The translations under genes were made by a program, and so were the position numbers. Under the pieces are notes generated by a model that had not been told where the DNA came from, did not search any database, and saw only the letters and a list, made by a program, of their open reading frames with translations. Positions 30,499 to 43,995 of a DNA stretch of 64,000 nucleotides are shown here, piece after piece. Origin of the DNA: Eledone cirrhosa (lineage: Eukaryota); NCBI GenBank assembly GCA_964016885.1, contig CAXHJY010001088.1, forward strand, positions 27,980 through 91,979, in the 5' to 3' direction. Every line of letters starts with the position of its first letter. Position 1 is the first letter of the stretch.

Positions 30499-32770
30499 TT
30501 AGGGAGAAGTGTTTAGACGGGGTCCGTATTTGTTAATAAAGTGAGATTCCTTGCTGATGCGCTGGGTGTGGGTGGCATTATCTTTAAATTTGTAGAGGGG
30601 AAAGATTCTAAAGTTGGGATGATTTGGCGTGGCACAGGTATCAATGTGTTCACTGAGTGGTATTTTCCTGTATTCCTGTATTTTAATTTGGGATCTATGG
30701 ACAGTCATGCGTTGGCGGAGGCTGTTTTTGGTCTGGCCTATGTATTGTTCTCGACAACCTGAGCAAGTTAATACATATATTAGATTTTCTGATGCGCATG
30801 TGAAATTGTATTTTACTATAAAACGTTGTCCTTCTTTGAAATAGAATTCCGAACCCTCTATTAGGTTGATTCATATGCCACAGTTGGGTCTATCACATTT
30901 TTTTACTGTGGGTTTCGTTGTTGTGGTTGGCAGTACTTTGGCATGTGTTAGGATGTTTTTCATTGACTTAGATTGTCTTTTACTCTTTATGATATGGTGT
31001 GTTCGAAGGATTTGGTTCATTCTATGGTCCTTTTGTAACACAGGGATGTTCTGGAGGATGGTGTCAAAGGCCTCATTGTGTGGAGATGTATGGAAGAGCT
31101 TTTAGTTTTGGTTGATTTACTTTAGGGTGTCTAAGGTCCTGGGTACTGAGTTTTAGGGCACGTTGGATTCCATTGTCAATTAGTGATGCAGGGTAGTCCC
31201 TGCCTATGAGTGTGTCCTTTAGTTCTTGTAGCCGTAAGTAACAGGTGTTTTTATTGGAGACTATAGTACATATTCTCTTGGCTAAGTTGTAGGGAATATT
31301 AATTTTAACGTGTCTAGGGTGGCAAGAGTTGAAAGGAAGATATTGCTTGGAGTCTGTGGGCTTGTAGTATATGTCTGTTTCTATTTTTTTGTTATGAATC
31401 TTAATGAGGATGTCGAGGAAGGGGAGTTGTTGATGGCTGTATTCCATCATAAAGTTAATATTCGTGTTGAGCCCATTTATAAGGGTGTGAAATTCTTTAA
31501 GTTTCTCGATGTTTTCGTGCCAAAGGATGAAGCAGTCATCTAGATATCGCTTCCAGTTCTTTTCTATGTGTAAGTGGAGGGTCTTTCCAAATTTGTTTAG
31601 TACTTTAGTGTAGAGGGTGATTTCCAGGTATCCCATGACTAGGTTGGCATAAATGGGGGCTGTTTTCGTTCCCATAGCAGTCCCAGATTTCTGCCTGTAG
31701 GATTTGTTATTGAAAACGAAGTAATTGTTCTCCAATATAAATTTGAGTCCCTCTATCACAAATTCTTTTTTGATGCGTAGTGGGAGTTCATTGTGGTAAT
31801 TATCCAGCCAGAATTGGATAGCTTCTATTCCTAGGTTGTGGGGGATGTTGGAGTATAGGTTGACTACATCGAACGTCACTAGTAGGGTTTGTTCAGAAAG
31901 GGGCATATTAGGGAGGTGATTGAGCATATCTAGGTCATCCCTTATATAGCTTTTGATGTGTTTGAGAAAAGGCTTGAGAAGGGTATCAATGAAGTTGCTA
32001 AGGCGGTGGGTTTCGCAAGCGGGGCCTGCTATTATAGGTCTTAATTTGAAATCATTGGGTGAGGGGACATTGATGACTATGTCTGTGGCTTCCTTGCATG
32101 CCTTACTTATTAATTCACTTTTATGTACTTTAGGGATACCGTAGAAAAGGCTGGATTTACTTGTGAAGTCTGTGATGAAGCTGAATTCCTTGTTAGTGAG
32201 TCCTTCTTTGTTTTGGTTGATCAGAGTTTTTAGGTTTCTCATAATTTTCTGTTGATTATAGTGTTCAGCCTTTTCGTAGTATGTTTCATTTTCCAAAGTG
32301 GAAAGCGCTAAGTTGATATAGAATTCTGTCTCCATTAGGACTACTGTACTCCCTTTTTCAGCCTCTTTAATTGTAATAGTTCTGTCGGTTTTTAATCTAT
32401 TTAATTCTTCCCATTCTTTCTTGTTGAGGTTTGGCTTGTGTTTTTGTCTGTGCAAGTGTTGTTAAGGGAAGTTTGTGATGATGTGTTCACAGAATTTGTC
32501 CAGAATTTTATTTCTACCTTTTGATGGGGTGTAGTTGCTTCTATTTCTGGCCATCCTCATTGTACTGGTCGAATAGTTCTTCACTGAGTCGTAACTTTCT
32601 ACAGAAGTCTGTGATGTCTTCCTTCATTTCATAGTAGTTAGGACGTAGTGGGGTCGGTGTGAATTTAAGACCTTTGGAGAGTAAGTTGATAAGGTTGGGT
32701 GTTGGTTCTGCACTAGTTAGATTGATCATTTTTATTACTCTCAGTTTCTCCTCCCTGTCTTGTGTTATTT
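30499..32770 (-). pseudogene. Neptune-like PLE RT + GIY-YIG, disrupted
   Basis: LSKGLKFTPTP, FYGIPKVHK, LRPII, FDVVNLYSNIP, GTAMG, WKRYLDD, LPFLD, YKPTD, SCHP; after a frameshift at ~31076: CDRPNCGI*, NLIYVLTCSGC..YIGQT..LRQRMTVH...ESHFI...PRLN. Confidence 0.92.
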
Positions 32771-33164
32771 TGTTTGCCTGTATCTGTGTGCTGTGTCTAA
32801 AAAATGGTTGGGGTAGAGGTGTTGTCTGGTGATGTTAAGTGGTCTCCTGTATTTGTTATATTCCTTGTTGTTGTAAAATGTGGTTTGGGTTCGTGGTTAT
32901 GGATTGAATGGGGTGTTCCTGTATTGCGAGTATGGATGTGTGTTTCTATGTGCCATGTTGGATTGTGGTATTATAGGTGGCCTACGTTGTTGGTTGTATC
33001 ATGTGGTGTGGGTTTGTTTTGTATTGTGGAAGTGAGAGTTGAGAAAATGGAAATTACCTTGCTGTCCCCTTGTAGCGGGGAAGTTGTTACATCTATCATG
33101 GTGGTGGTATCTTTTCCCTATGTTTGATATATATATATCTGAATATATATATCTGAATATATAA

Positions 33165-33248
<84 letters not shown>

Positions 33249-33290
33249 GTATATATATATATATATCTGTATATATATATATATATATGA

Positions 33291-33358
<68 letters not shown>

Positions 33359-33390
33359 GTATATATATATATATATGAATATATATATAT

Positions 33391-33732
33391 AGTTTTGCGA
33401 GGTTTTTGATATGAAATCGTGTGTCGAAACAAATATTGTTATACTTGGGGAGGGTCATATTTGTGTAATATTGCCAGAATTAATAACAGAACACACCCAC
33501 TGTTTGGTTGGTTTTCGCTTCTGTGTCTTTTATATCGGTTAATTTAATTAATTCGGTCCTCAATGTTGCCATTGACTGACCAACGGTCAAAAATACAGAT
33601 ACAATATAGACACAAACACATATATATAGTTTATCAAAGTTCTTTCATTGCACATCTGCAACATCGTCAGTGGTGCTATTGTTTCCTCCTGTTGCATTGT
33701 ATTTTCTACGCCATCTTTATTTTCATCTTTAT
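33391..33732 (-). mobile_element. Solo PLE 3'/pLTR fragment (same family as 498-850)
   Basis: High identity to 499-845. Confidence 0.85.
33634..33673 (-). ncRNA. Hammerhead variant with extra core nucleotide
   Basis: CA-CUGACGA-U-GUUGCA(GAUG)UGCAAU-GAAA-GAAC-UU-UG. Confidence 0.65.
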
Positions 33733-33734
33733 TT

Positions 33735-34090
33735 CCAAATATCCTTAAGTTCATCTGGCAACCCCGATTGGGGTGCGTAAGCTGATATTATTGTGGTAAT
33801 TGTTTTATTCAGGACTAGTCTGAGTTTAATGTTTCTTGCATTTACCCTGTACACTGAGATTACTTTATCTACCCACTTGTCAGCTAGTAGTATACCTACA
33901 CCACCCATCCCATCGTCATTTCCCACCCAGAAAAATTTGTAGCACTGACTTTTTCCTACAAGGACTCTAGCAGACTCTCCTCTCCATCTAGTGTCTTGCA
34001 CACAGCATACATAAATTTCCTTTCGCTCTAGCATCTCTACAATTTCTCCTGCTTTTCCTTTCATTGTGCTTACATTGATGGTACCAACTC
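33735..34090 (-). mobile_element. RTE APE-domain 5' fragment
   Basis: MKGKAGEIVEMLERK...QDTRWRG...GGVGILL...SAYAPQSG, homologous to the N-terminus of ORF 13666..15738. Confidence 0.85.
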
Positions 34091-36449
34091 AGAGTTTTGG
34101 GCATTTGTCGACATTCGTAGGGAAGGGTCAATTTTTGCAGGGATGTGTGTGTGCTTCCTGTCTCTGAATTGGAGCTTCACATGGGTGTTTGGTAGCTCGC
34201 GGATTCATATTCATTTTCATCTATTAATTCAGAGTTGCTCCAATTTATTCTCAGCTCATCCATACATAACGGTAGGAAAATTCAGGGCTAGAAGAACAGT
34301 GGTGGTGGTAATAATGGCAGGGTGTGTTGGGCTGGGACGGGGGAGGAGAGAGTTAGGTAGTAGTAGAAATGGCAGGGTTTTTTGGGGTTGGTAGTGGGGG
34401 GGGGGGGGGGGGCATGCTGAGGTTTGATTATGAGGTAGGTAGCCAATTCATGGCCTGTAGCATCTGATGGCAAAATAGACAGATAGAGAGGCAGCATGGT
34501 AGAGAAAATGAGGGTAAAAAAATAAATGTGTTGTGGAAGCTAGCGAAGTGATAAATACAGCAATAATTGTGAGCAGAACATTTGCAATTGGGGGAATAGA
34601 GGGATACCTGAAAGATTTGTATGGATGGATGGCTGGAACGTGGTTAAGCAGCTCTAGTGATTCATTTTAGCCTTTCAAAGTCAAGTGTGTCTTGTCTCAA
34701 GAACTTCAAGATGAGTGAGGAAGGAATGGGTGAGAGGGAAAGGGAGGTAATAGGTGGCTTAGAGATAGATAGAGAGAGGGTATAGCCCTCATAGAGAGAG
34801 AGAGAGAGAGATAGAGAGAGGGTAGCCATCATAGAGAGACGGTCGCCGTCATGGCAAAATAACTGATAGAAGTGAATACAGCAACAATAATAATAGCCAA
34901 GTCATATATATATATATATGTAGGAGTTATATTTAATTTGTTGGAATTCCGATAAACATAAATATTTATAACTGATATAGAGCACTCAACAAGTTACTGG
35001 AGTAAATATTCCAAGATAATAATAAATGGAAACTGTATTTATAAAACCATATTTATTTTATTAGGGTGACCAAGAAAATCTTGGTGCGCTTTCATCAGAT
35101 AAAATACAAAATTTGTTTTATAAATAATGACATACCCATGGAAATCACACCTTAACGGTCCGAAGATTCGCTGGATAGTGGAAACTTATTAGGGGTAATT
35201 CAAAGTTATGTGTGAATATGCAAATGAATGTATGAAAAATTGAAAAAACAACCGTTTATTTAAATTACGCTGGGGGAGGATGAGAAGAAAGAGAGAGCGA
35301 AAAAATTACTGTTATGAGATATATAGAAAAATAGAGAGGAAAGAGAAATTTAACAGAGGATGAACTCATATAACGTAAATAAGTCTTAAATTTATATTAA
35401 AGTTACGTATATTTAGTAATTATTTTGTTGTTAGAATTCTAATATAATACAATATAATATTAAGTTTTATAGGTAAAAAGAAAATATATATATAGAAAAA
35501 ATAGATATATAGAAAAAGTAAATATATATATAAGAATATATATTGAAAATATAATAATATATATTGAGAAATAAATTGAGAGTGAATAGATATAAGTAGA
35601 AAATAGATAGAAAAATATAGATAGAAGAATAGATATATGAATAGAGGAATGGATATATGAGTGGATATATGCGTATATTCTGTTATAGATAACTATTTTA
35701 ATAATTTATGAGGGATACTGTTTTATATTTACATTTAGTGTAATTAAATTAACTGAGTTAATATGAATATTTATATGTTTTTAATATTTTAAATATTTTA
35801 AATTGGGAAGATAGTGAAAATCCCAATTTTGTTTATTTATTAGTTAGTATGAGACCATTTTGACGAAGATATGTTTTGAAATATATATTTAGCCAGAATT
35901 AGTTATTGGTTATATTAAAAAATATAAAAAATATTAAAATATTAGAAAATATTAAAAAATATATAATATAAAAATATTAAAAGTTCTGGAAAAAATTTCT
36001 GGAAAAAACTTTAAAAAAAAACTTTTTAAGAATCTCAAAAGATACTCCAAAAAAAAACCTTTTTAAAAAGTACTTAAACTATTTAAAATGTTTAAAATTA
36101 TTCTAAAATACTTAAAAATATTTAAAACCTTTAAAAAATATTTTAAAAATACTTTTAAAATATTAAAAAAAAATTTCTTTAATTTTAAACAAATGATTTT
36201 TTAAGATAATAATTTTTAAGAAATAAGTGATTTTTTAAAAAGTAAGTAATTTTTAAATAAATGAGATATTTTGGAAGTAAAAAAAAAAAGTGAAAGATTT
36301 AAGCAGTAAAGAATAAAGATGTAAAAATATTAAGCAGTAAAGGATAAAAATTTAATAAGTAAAAAATAAGTAAAAATATTAAAATTAAAGTTAAAATTAA
36401 AAATTTATAAAAATTTATGATCATATATGTATATAATATAAGAAATTTT

Positions 36450-36990
36450 GAATTTGTTTAGCAAGATTCTTTATCTGAAAACGTGTGTTGAAACCGATAT
36501 TGTTATACTTTGGGAGGGTCATGTTGCCAATAAGAAACACACGCACCATTTGCTTTCACTTCAATTTATTATAATAAATTTATAAATTTAGGAATTTATA
36601 AATTTCCGGTTGGTTGGTTCCACAACCAGATGGTTGTTTATATATTGTCAAAGTTCTTTCGTCACACATTCTGTGACCTCTTCAGTGACTGGGGATTCTT
36701 TTCTTTGTTTTTGTGCCTCTCCTTTGTTCTGTCCTACGCCATCTTGTTTCTGTGTGTGTGTTGTGTGCTCAGTCTGCGCATGCGCCACATCCGGGTGTCT
36801 GTGTGTGTTTATATTCGTTTATTTATTTGTTTATTTACATGTTACAGGTTGGTTGTTTGTTCTATGTGCATGTGTGTTTTCATTTTGTCCTTAATTGTAA
36901 GTTGTGATGTTGCTGTTCCACTCACGTTTTCTATTTAATTTTGGTTGTAATTCTTTTATGGTATTAATTTTGGTTGTAATTCTTTATAAG
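36450..36990 (-). mobile_element. Nested PLE pLTR fragment with HHR
   Basis: Homologous to 498-930; flanked by a 37-bp duplication (36413-36449 / 37023-37059). Confidence 0.7.
36647..36689 (-). ncRNA. Hammerhead variant with extra core nucleotide
   Basis: GUCA-CUGAAGA-G-GUCACA(GAAUG)UGUGAC-GAAA-GAAC-UU-UGAC. Confidence 0.68.
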
Positions 36991-39900
36991 AAATTTTAAT
37001 ATAAGAAATATTAAAATTAAAGATTTATGATCATATATGTATATAACGTAAGAAATTTTAATAAGTGAAAATTATAGGCATTGGAATATATATCGAACAA
37101 TATGTAGAAAAATTATAAGTGTAATTATAGTTTATATATAGTTTATATATGTTTAAATGTTGAATTTAGGCGATGTTTACAAGAACTGAATAAATTCATA
37201 TGTATATTAATTGAGTTCTTACATTTAAGTATGAAGAAATTTCCTCAACACATAATTTGCAAAATCTAGATAAAGCTGTGTTTCTGTAGGCAGGTGCTTT
37301 TGAAATTACATCCCAAGTTAAAGAATAGTCTATATTTTTAGATTTTAAGTTTCATATCAAGTTTGATAGAGAAGTTGAAGATTTTTTACGAATATTATTA
37401 AACGAGCATTTGTGATTATTGAAACGGGATTTGAAGTCTGTAGAAGTAGAACCTATATAGTTGAATATATGATCATTAGTTTTGACAGAGCATTTATGGA
37501 CAACATTTTTATCTAAGCATTTATTTTTTAAAGGACAGTTTGGTTTAAGTCTACAATTACATTTAGCAGAGTTGATGTTATTCGGAACAGTATTATTAAG
37601 TTGGCTATTGAGGTATTAGTGCTATTTTGGTTTAGATTTCTATTATTGATTCTATTTATATTTTGTGCTAAGTTCATAGTAGTAGAGTAAGATAGTTTTA
37701 TTGTATGTCTGTTAAAGATTGAATGGTATCTATGGGTTTTGGGAAAGCATTTATCTAGAGCTTTAAAAAATAGTTTAGCTAAAGGTGTTTTAATACTTAG
37801 TGAAAATGGAGGCGCATACCAAATTAGGTTTCTAGTTCTATTCCTTCTATTAGTATTAGAGTTTATTTTAGGTTTCTTATATAATTAATATTATGGTTAT
37901 TTGCCTTATCATTGTTTTCGATGTATTTAATTTTATTTATATAGCCTGCTCTACTTAAACCTTCATTATAATATTTTGCCTTATCGTCAAATATGTTTTT
38001 ATTCTCAGAGATTCTAGAAATACGTTGTTGTACAGAATTTACTATAGTGTTCTTAATAGATTTAGGATGATTGGAGTTGAAGCTTACATAGTTTAAGTTC
38101 TCTTAGGTAGACATACCTCTACTTAAGCATAAGGACTATCTCAAACAACTCATTGAGAAATCTGATTCCTTTATAAGAAGACTTAGATGGCATGCCTTCC
38201 ATTTCGATAGAAAATCAGATGAAAAAGCAAATAAATCCAACTTCGATATGATCTTTAAATCCAAGAAAAATCCACCTAACAACAAACTATTAATGGAATT
38301 TGAGAATGAAATAATATCAATTATACAAAACATCAAATTCAAGAAAAACCATTTCACAGGCTAGGAATATCTTAAAGGCTTTAAGAATAATATAGAAAAT
38401 CTTGAAAAAATTGAGAAAATCCTCGTAAAATCTGACAAAACCAACAATCTATACGGAATGCAAAAGGACGAATATAATAACCTTATATTGAAAGAACTAA
38501 GGAAAAATTACAAAATAACAACCAATGAAGACCTCGAAATGCTAAATAGAGAAGCGTCTGAAATAATTCATAAATTAGGCATCGAAAATAGGACCAAACC
38601 TTTTATTCCTAGAAAACTAAAAATTAACCTGAAAGACCACAAAAGAAACTTTGAAATAGAACTACCAGTTAGACTTATAGCACCATCTAAATCAGACTTA
38701 AGCATAGTTAGTAAACATATATTAGATAGAATCATACCGCAACTTAAAGAAATATCTTACTTAAAACTATGGAACGGTACTAACGAAGTTATAGATTAGT
38801 TCAACAACATAAAATTTAAACAACAAAAAAATCATTCAATTGGATATTGCAAATTACTACTCATCAATCACTCCTAATTTACTTAATAAAGCCCTTATCT
38901 ATGCATCCAAATATACTTATTTATCTAGTGAAGAAATGCATATTATTTTATCTGCATGAAAAACCTTAATTAAATTCAACAACCATCTCTGGACCAGAGC
39001 AGACAGAATAAATAATTTCGAGTGGGGATATTTATTAATAATATACTACATAGAAAACTACCGGAGATGACCGGTGGTTTATATTGTGATGATATGCTGC
39101 TTTTAATTGAAAATAATAGTAATTGCGAAATAAATAGAAAAAGAAAATCAATAATACAATTTTTTTAATAGCTACAATCTTAAGTTAGAAATAGAGAATA
39201 ACTACAAAATTGTTAATTTTTTAGACGTAACATTAAACCTTAATACAGGGCTCTACTATCCATTCCATAAATTTAATATTTTTATATTATATATTTTTTA
39301 ATACTTTCTAATATTTTTATATTTTTAATATTTTTTTATAGTTTTTAATATTTTTTAATATAACCAATAATTAATTCTGTCTACATATATCTTTCAAAAC
39401 TTATATCTTCGTCAAAATGGTCTCATACTAACTAATAAATAAACAAAATTGGGATTTTCACTATCTTCCCAATTTAAAATATTTAAAATATTAAAAACAT
39501 ATAAATATTCATATTAACTCAGTTAATTTAATTACACTAAATGTAAATATAAAACAGTATCCCTCATAAATTATTAAAATAATTATCTATAACAGAATAT
39601 ACGCATATATCCACTCATATATCCATTCCTCTATTCATATATCTATTCTTCTATCTATATTTTTCTATCTATTTTCTACTTATATCTATTCACTCTCAAT
39701 TTATTTCTCAATATATATTATTATATTTTCAATATATATTCTTATATATATATTTACTTTTTCTATATATCTATTTTTTCTATATATATATTTTCTTTTT
39801 ACCTATAAAACTTAATATTATATTGTATTATATTAGAATTCTAACAACAAAATAATTACTAAATATACGTAACTTTAATATAAATTTAAGACTTATTTAC

Positions 39901-40159
39901 GTTATATGAGTTCATCCTCTGTTAAATTTCTCTTTCCTCTCTATTTTTCTATATATCTCATAACAGTAATTTTTTCGCTCTCTCTTTCTTCTCATCCTCC
40001 CCCAGCGTAATTTAAATAAACGGTTGTTTTTTCAATTTTTCATACATTCATTTGCATATTCACACATAACTTTGAATTACCCCTAATAAGTTTCCACTAT
40101 CCGGCGAATCTCTGGTAATGTGTGATTTCTATGGGTATGTCATTATTTATAAAACAAAT

Positions 40160-40426
40160 AAAGTACCAGTAATGTACTGAGTAATTGCTGGCCTTGTGCC
40201 AAAAGTAGAAACAATTATTTAAAGGGCGGTGGATTGGCAGTATCGGTAGAGGGTCGGACGCCATGCTTTCCAGCATAGTTACGTCCCTTTACGATCTGAG
40301 GTCAAATGCCGCCGAGGTTGACTTTGCCTTTCATCCTTATGGGGTCGATAAAATAAAGTACCAGTAATGCACTGGTGAATTGCTGGCCTTGTGCCTAAAG
40401 TAGAAACAATTATTTATAAAACAAAT
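40160..40426 (+). mobile_element. tRNA SINE family 2 with upstream duplicate of its own tail; 18-bp TSD
   Basis: TSD ATTATTTATAAAACAAAT at 40142-40159 and 40409-40426; the insert is absent from the inverted partner arm at ~35110. Confidence 0.85.
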
Positions 40427-40430
40427 TTTG

Positions 40431-40497
40431 TATTTTATCTGATGAAAGCGCATCAAGCTTTTTTTTTGGTCGCCCTTGAAATATATATAATAAAATA
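40431..40497 (+). ncRNA. Hammerhead ribozyme (minimal type I, PLE-associated)
   Basis: UAUUUUAU-CUGAUGA-stem II-GAAA-UAUAUA-UA-AUAAAAUA; perfect 8-bp stem I. Confidence 0.8.
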
Positions 40498-40557
40498 AAT
40501 ATGGTTTTATAAATATAGTTTCCATTTATTATTATCTTGGTATATATATATATATAT

Positions 40558-43500
40558 ATCATCATCATCATCATCGTTTAACGTCTATCTTCCAAGCTAG
40601 CATGGGTTTAGACGGGAATTGCCCCACTTGAGGCAAGATTTGTTGTCTTGCTCGTATAGGACTGTCTGGCAGGTTTTCTACGGCTGGATGCCCTTCCTAA
40701 CACCAACCAGGTTTACAGTGTGAACTGGGAGGTTTTTACCGTGTTACCTACACGGCCACATTACAGAGTGGACTGTGTTTTTTTTGTTGACACCTACACG
40801 ACCTCATTTATTTAGGACTGGATGTTGTGGTACCAACATAACTTTACAGAGAAAGGGGTGGTGTAGATGGGGGTGGAGGTAAGGGTAGTGGGATGGGGGT
40901 CTGTGTAGCGCCAAAGATTTCAGTCCAGTGACATTGTTTTGGAGAGGTGTAAGTGTGTAAGGTCGGAATTTATCATCCCAGGTTTTTCTGGGTCTGCCTA
41001 CTCCGTAGCTTCCATCAATTTTGATCGTCCTGCACTTTTTTATACAGCTGTCGTCTTTCATGCGCATCACGTGACCATACCAACGTAGTCTTCTCTCGAG
41101 TAAACAGCATCTGATCCCTCTTAATCCTAATTTCTCACTTAGTTCATTTATGCTTTGCCGTTTACGTATATTACTATTACACATCCAACGGAGCATGCAA
41201 GCTTCATTCCTCTCCAGTCTGCGTAGATCCTCTGCACACAATGCCCAAGTCTCACTGCCATGTAACATTGCTGTTCGTATGCAGGCATCATACAGTCTGC
41301 CTTTCATTTTTAGAGAGAAACCTTTAGCGGCCAATAGTGGTATAAGCTCTCTGAACTTTTTCCATCCCGTTCTGACTCTGGCTACTGTACTTTCAGAGCA
41401 CACTCCACCACTGCTGATTTTGTCACCCAGGTAACGGAAGGTGTCCACTATTTCTATAGAACCATCTGGGTAATGGAAGGAGCTAGTATCCTGTGGGTAC
41501 TTGCTACCTATTGCAGCTGAGCACCGGCCACATATAAAATCTATGTACTTAGTTAGCTTACCTCTGATCCCACTACATCTTTTATGCACCCATACTTTGC
41601 ATTTGGGACATAAAATGGAATTTCTACCTACTCCTTTCTTACACACCGAGCATGGCCATTTCCCAGAGGGGACCAGTGCCCTATTTTCCTTCCTACATAC
41701 TAGAACTTTAATCTTAGACAAGTTAATTTTAAGGCCTTTTGATTCTAGGCCATGCTTCCATGTTTGGAATTTCTTCTCTAGTTCAGCCATTGATTCAGCT
41801 ATGAGCGTTAGATCATCTGCATATAGAAGTTCCCATGGGCAGCCGGTTTTGAACTCTTCTGTTATAGCCTGAAGGGCAATAATAAATAGGAAGGGGCTAA
41901 GGACAGAGCCCCGATGAACAGCAACATTTACACTAAATTCTTCACTATATTCATTGTTAATTCTAACCTTGCTGACTGTTTCTTTATACATGGCTTGTAT
42001 AGCTCTCACAAGCCATTCATCAACACCTAGTTTTTTAAGAGCCCACCAGATAATGGAGTGGGGGACTCTGTCAAAGGCTTTCTCCAAGTCAACAAAAGCT
42101 AAGTATAGGGATTTACTTTTAGCTAGGTACTCCTCCTATAGTTGTCGTACAAGGAAAAGAGCGTCTGTGGTACTTTTGCCTGACACAAACCCGAACTGCA
42201 TTTCATCTAGATCAATTCTCTCTCTGATTAGTTGCGCTATAACTCTTTCTGTGACCTTCATGACCTGGTCAATTAATTTAATGCCTCTATAGTTTCCCCT
42301 ATCTAGGGCATCTCCTATACCCTTGTAGCAGTTAATGATGATGCTGCTACGCCAGTCATTTGGTATGACCCCATTCTGTATGACTTGGTTTACTATCCAG
42401 GTGACCATCGTGTGTCCTACCGATCCAGATGCTTTCAGCATTTCAGCAACTATCTCTGAAGGCCCAGATGCTTTGCCTGTCTCCATATCTTTGATTGCCT
42501 TACTTATTATACTACCTTCAATTTGCACTGCTGGTCCCTCTATTGGATTGATTTGGGGCAGACTATCTTTTTCCCACTTATTCTCCTCATTTAGTAGCCT
42601 CTCGTAGTGACACTTCCAAGTTACCTTCTTATCAGTATCAGTGATGGTAAGTATACCATCATCATTACAGACATACTTCTCCCCGACAATATCATGGTTT
42701 TCCTTGACACATTATCTAGTAATCCTGAACACCTCACGTTTTTGGTCCTTGCGTTGTAGAACATGCTCGAACTTTCTTTCCTCTGCTAGGGGACAAGTGT
42801 ACTTCTTGCAAAGTACACTTGTCTCCTAGCTTCCCTCTTGGCCACTTGATAGTGTTCTCTACTTCCCCCATCCCGCCATACTTTCCAAGCTTGCTTTTTG
42901 CTCTTGATTGACTCTTCCACCTTCCTGTTCCACCACCATGTTACTCTCCTCCTGCTCCAGCCACGGATTTCATCTGTTGCCTTCAGCAGGTTAACTTTCA
43001 GGAATTCCCACTGTTCCTCTATAATGTACGTCTCTAATTGCTCTTCCTTACTGTCAAAAGCATCAAGTAATATGCTTTTAAATTTGTTACTGGCTGTGGG
43101 GTCCTTTAACTTGCATATTCTTCTTCTCTGTTGTCGAGTACGTCTCATCCTGACTATGAGGTCACTAACTATGAAGCTATGTTGGAAGGTGCATTCTTCA
43201 CGGTGGAGGGATTTAGTGTTTACAACAGACACTTTGTCACGTCTTCTGGTAAGGATATAATCTATCTGACTGGCGTGTTCCTTTGATCTATAGGTGATCA
43301 AGTGATTGTCTCGTTTTTTGAAGTTTGTGTTACAGATAGTTAGGTTATTAGCATCACAGAATTCCAGGATTCTGAAGCCTTCCTCATTTCTGGTACCAAA
43401 CCCGTAGCCTCCATGGATTCCGTCATAGCCGTCACAATGTTGTCCAGCAATAATTATGTAGTCAGTCGGTTAGTTGGGAGTAGCGACTCATAGAATCTGT

Positions 43501-43995
43501 CTTTTATAACGCCAGGCAGTCCAGATTGGGGTGCGTAAGCGGATATTATTGTCACAGTAGTTCTATTTAGGACAAGTCTTATTTTGATTATTCTGTCGCT
43601 CACTCTATTTATGTCAATTACTCTATCTACCCATTTTTGTGCTAACATAATTCCTACTCCACCCAGCCCATTTTCATTTCCCACCCAGAAAAGTTTATAG
43701 CATCGTTTTTTACCCACAATGAATCTAGTAGACCCACCCCTCCACCTAGTCTCTTGGACGCAACAAGCATCAACTTCTTTACATTCAAGCATCTCTACAA
43801 CCTCGTTAGAGCGACTTTTTAAAGTGCCTACATTCATGGTACCAACTCTGAAGTTTTGGATTTCGTTTGGTGGGTGGAAGGGGTGGGTTGGACGTGCAGG
43901 GAGGGGTGGGTTGGACGTGCAGAGAGGGGTGAGGGAGATGAGGTTATGTTAGCTCCGTGGCGGAAATAAAGAGGCGTCCTTGCATTCTCGTCCGG
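40558..43995 (-). mobile_element. Full-length degenerate RTE LINE subfamily A
   Basis: ORF pieces 43454-43837, 42786-43301, 42136-42528, 40804-42087 are collinear with the 12222-15765 copy; the 5' UTR may extend to ~44520. Confidence 0.93.

Larger units (their letters stand above)
29299..33126 (-). mobile_element. Neptune-like Penelope element (boundaries approximate)
   Basis: Coding remnant plus contiguous non-(TA) sequence between two (TA)n arrays. Confidence 0.65.
34921..40540 (-). mobile_element. Rearranged Hydra-like PLE with ~1-kb inverted terminal arms
   Basis: 35011-35981 is the inverse of 39272-40540 (less a SINE insert); GIY-YIG half on minus (~37150-38105), RT half on plus (38106-39277; KSDKTNNLY, KDHK, VRLIAPSKS, GLYCDD, FLDVTL). 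Confidence 0.85.
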
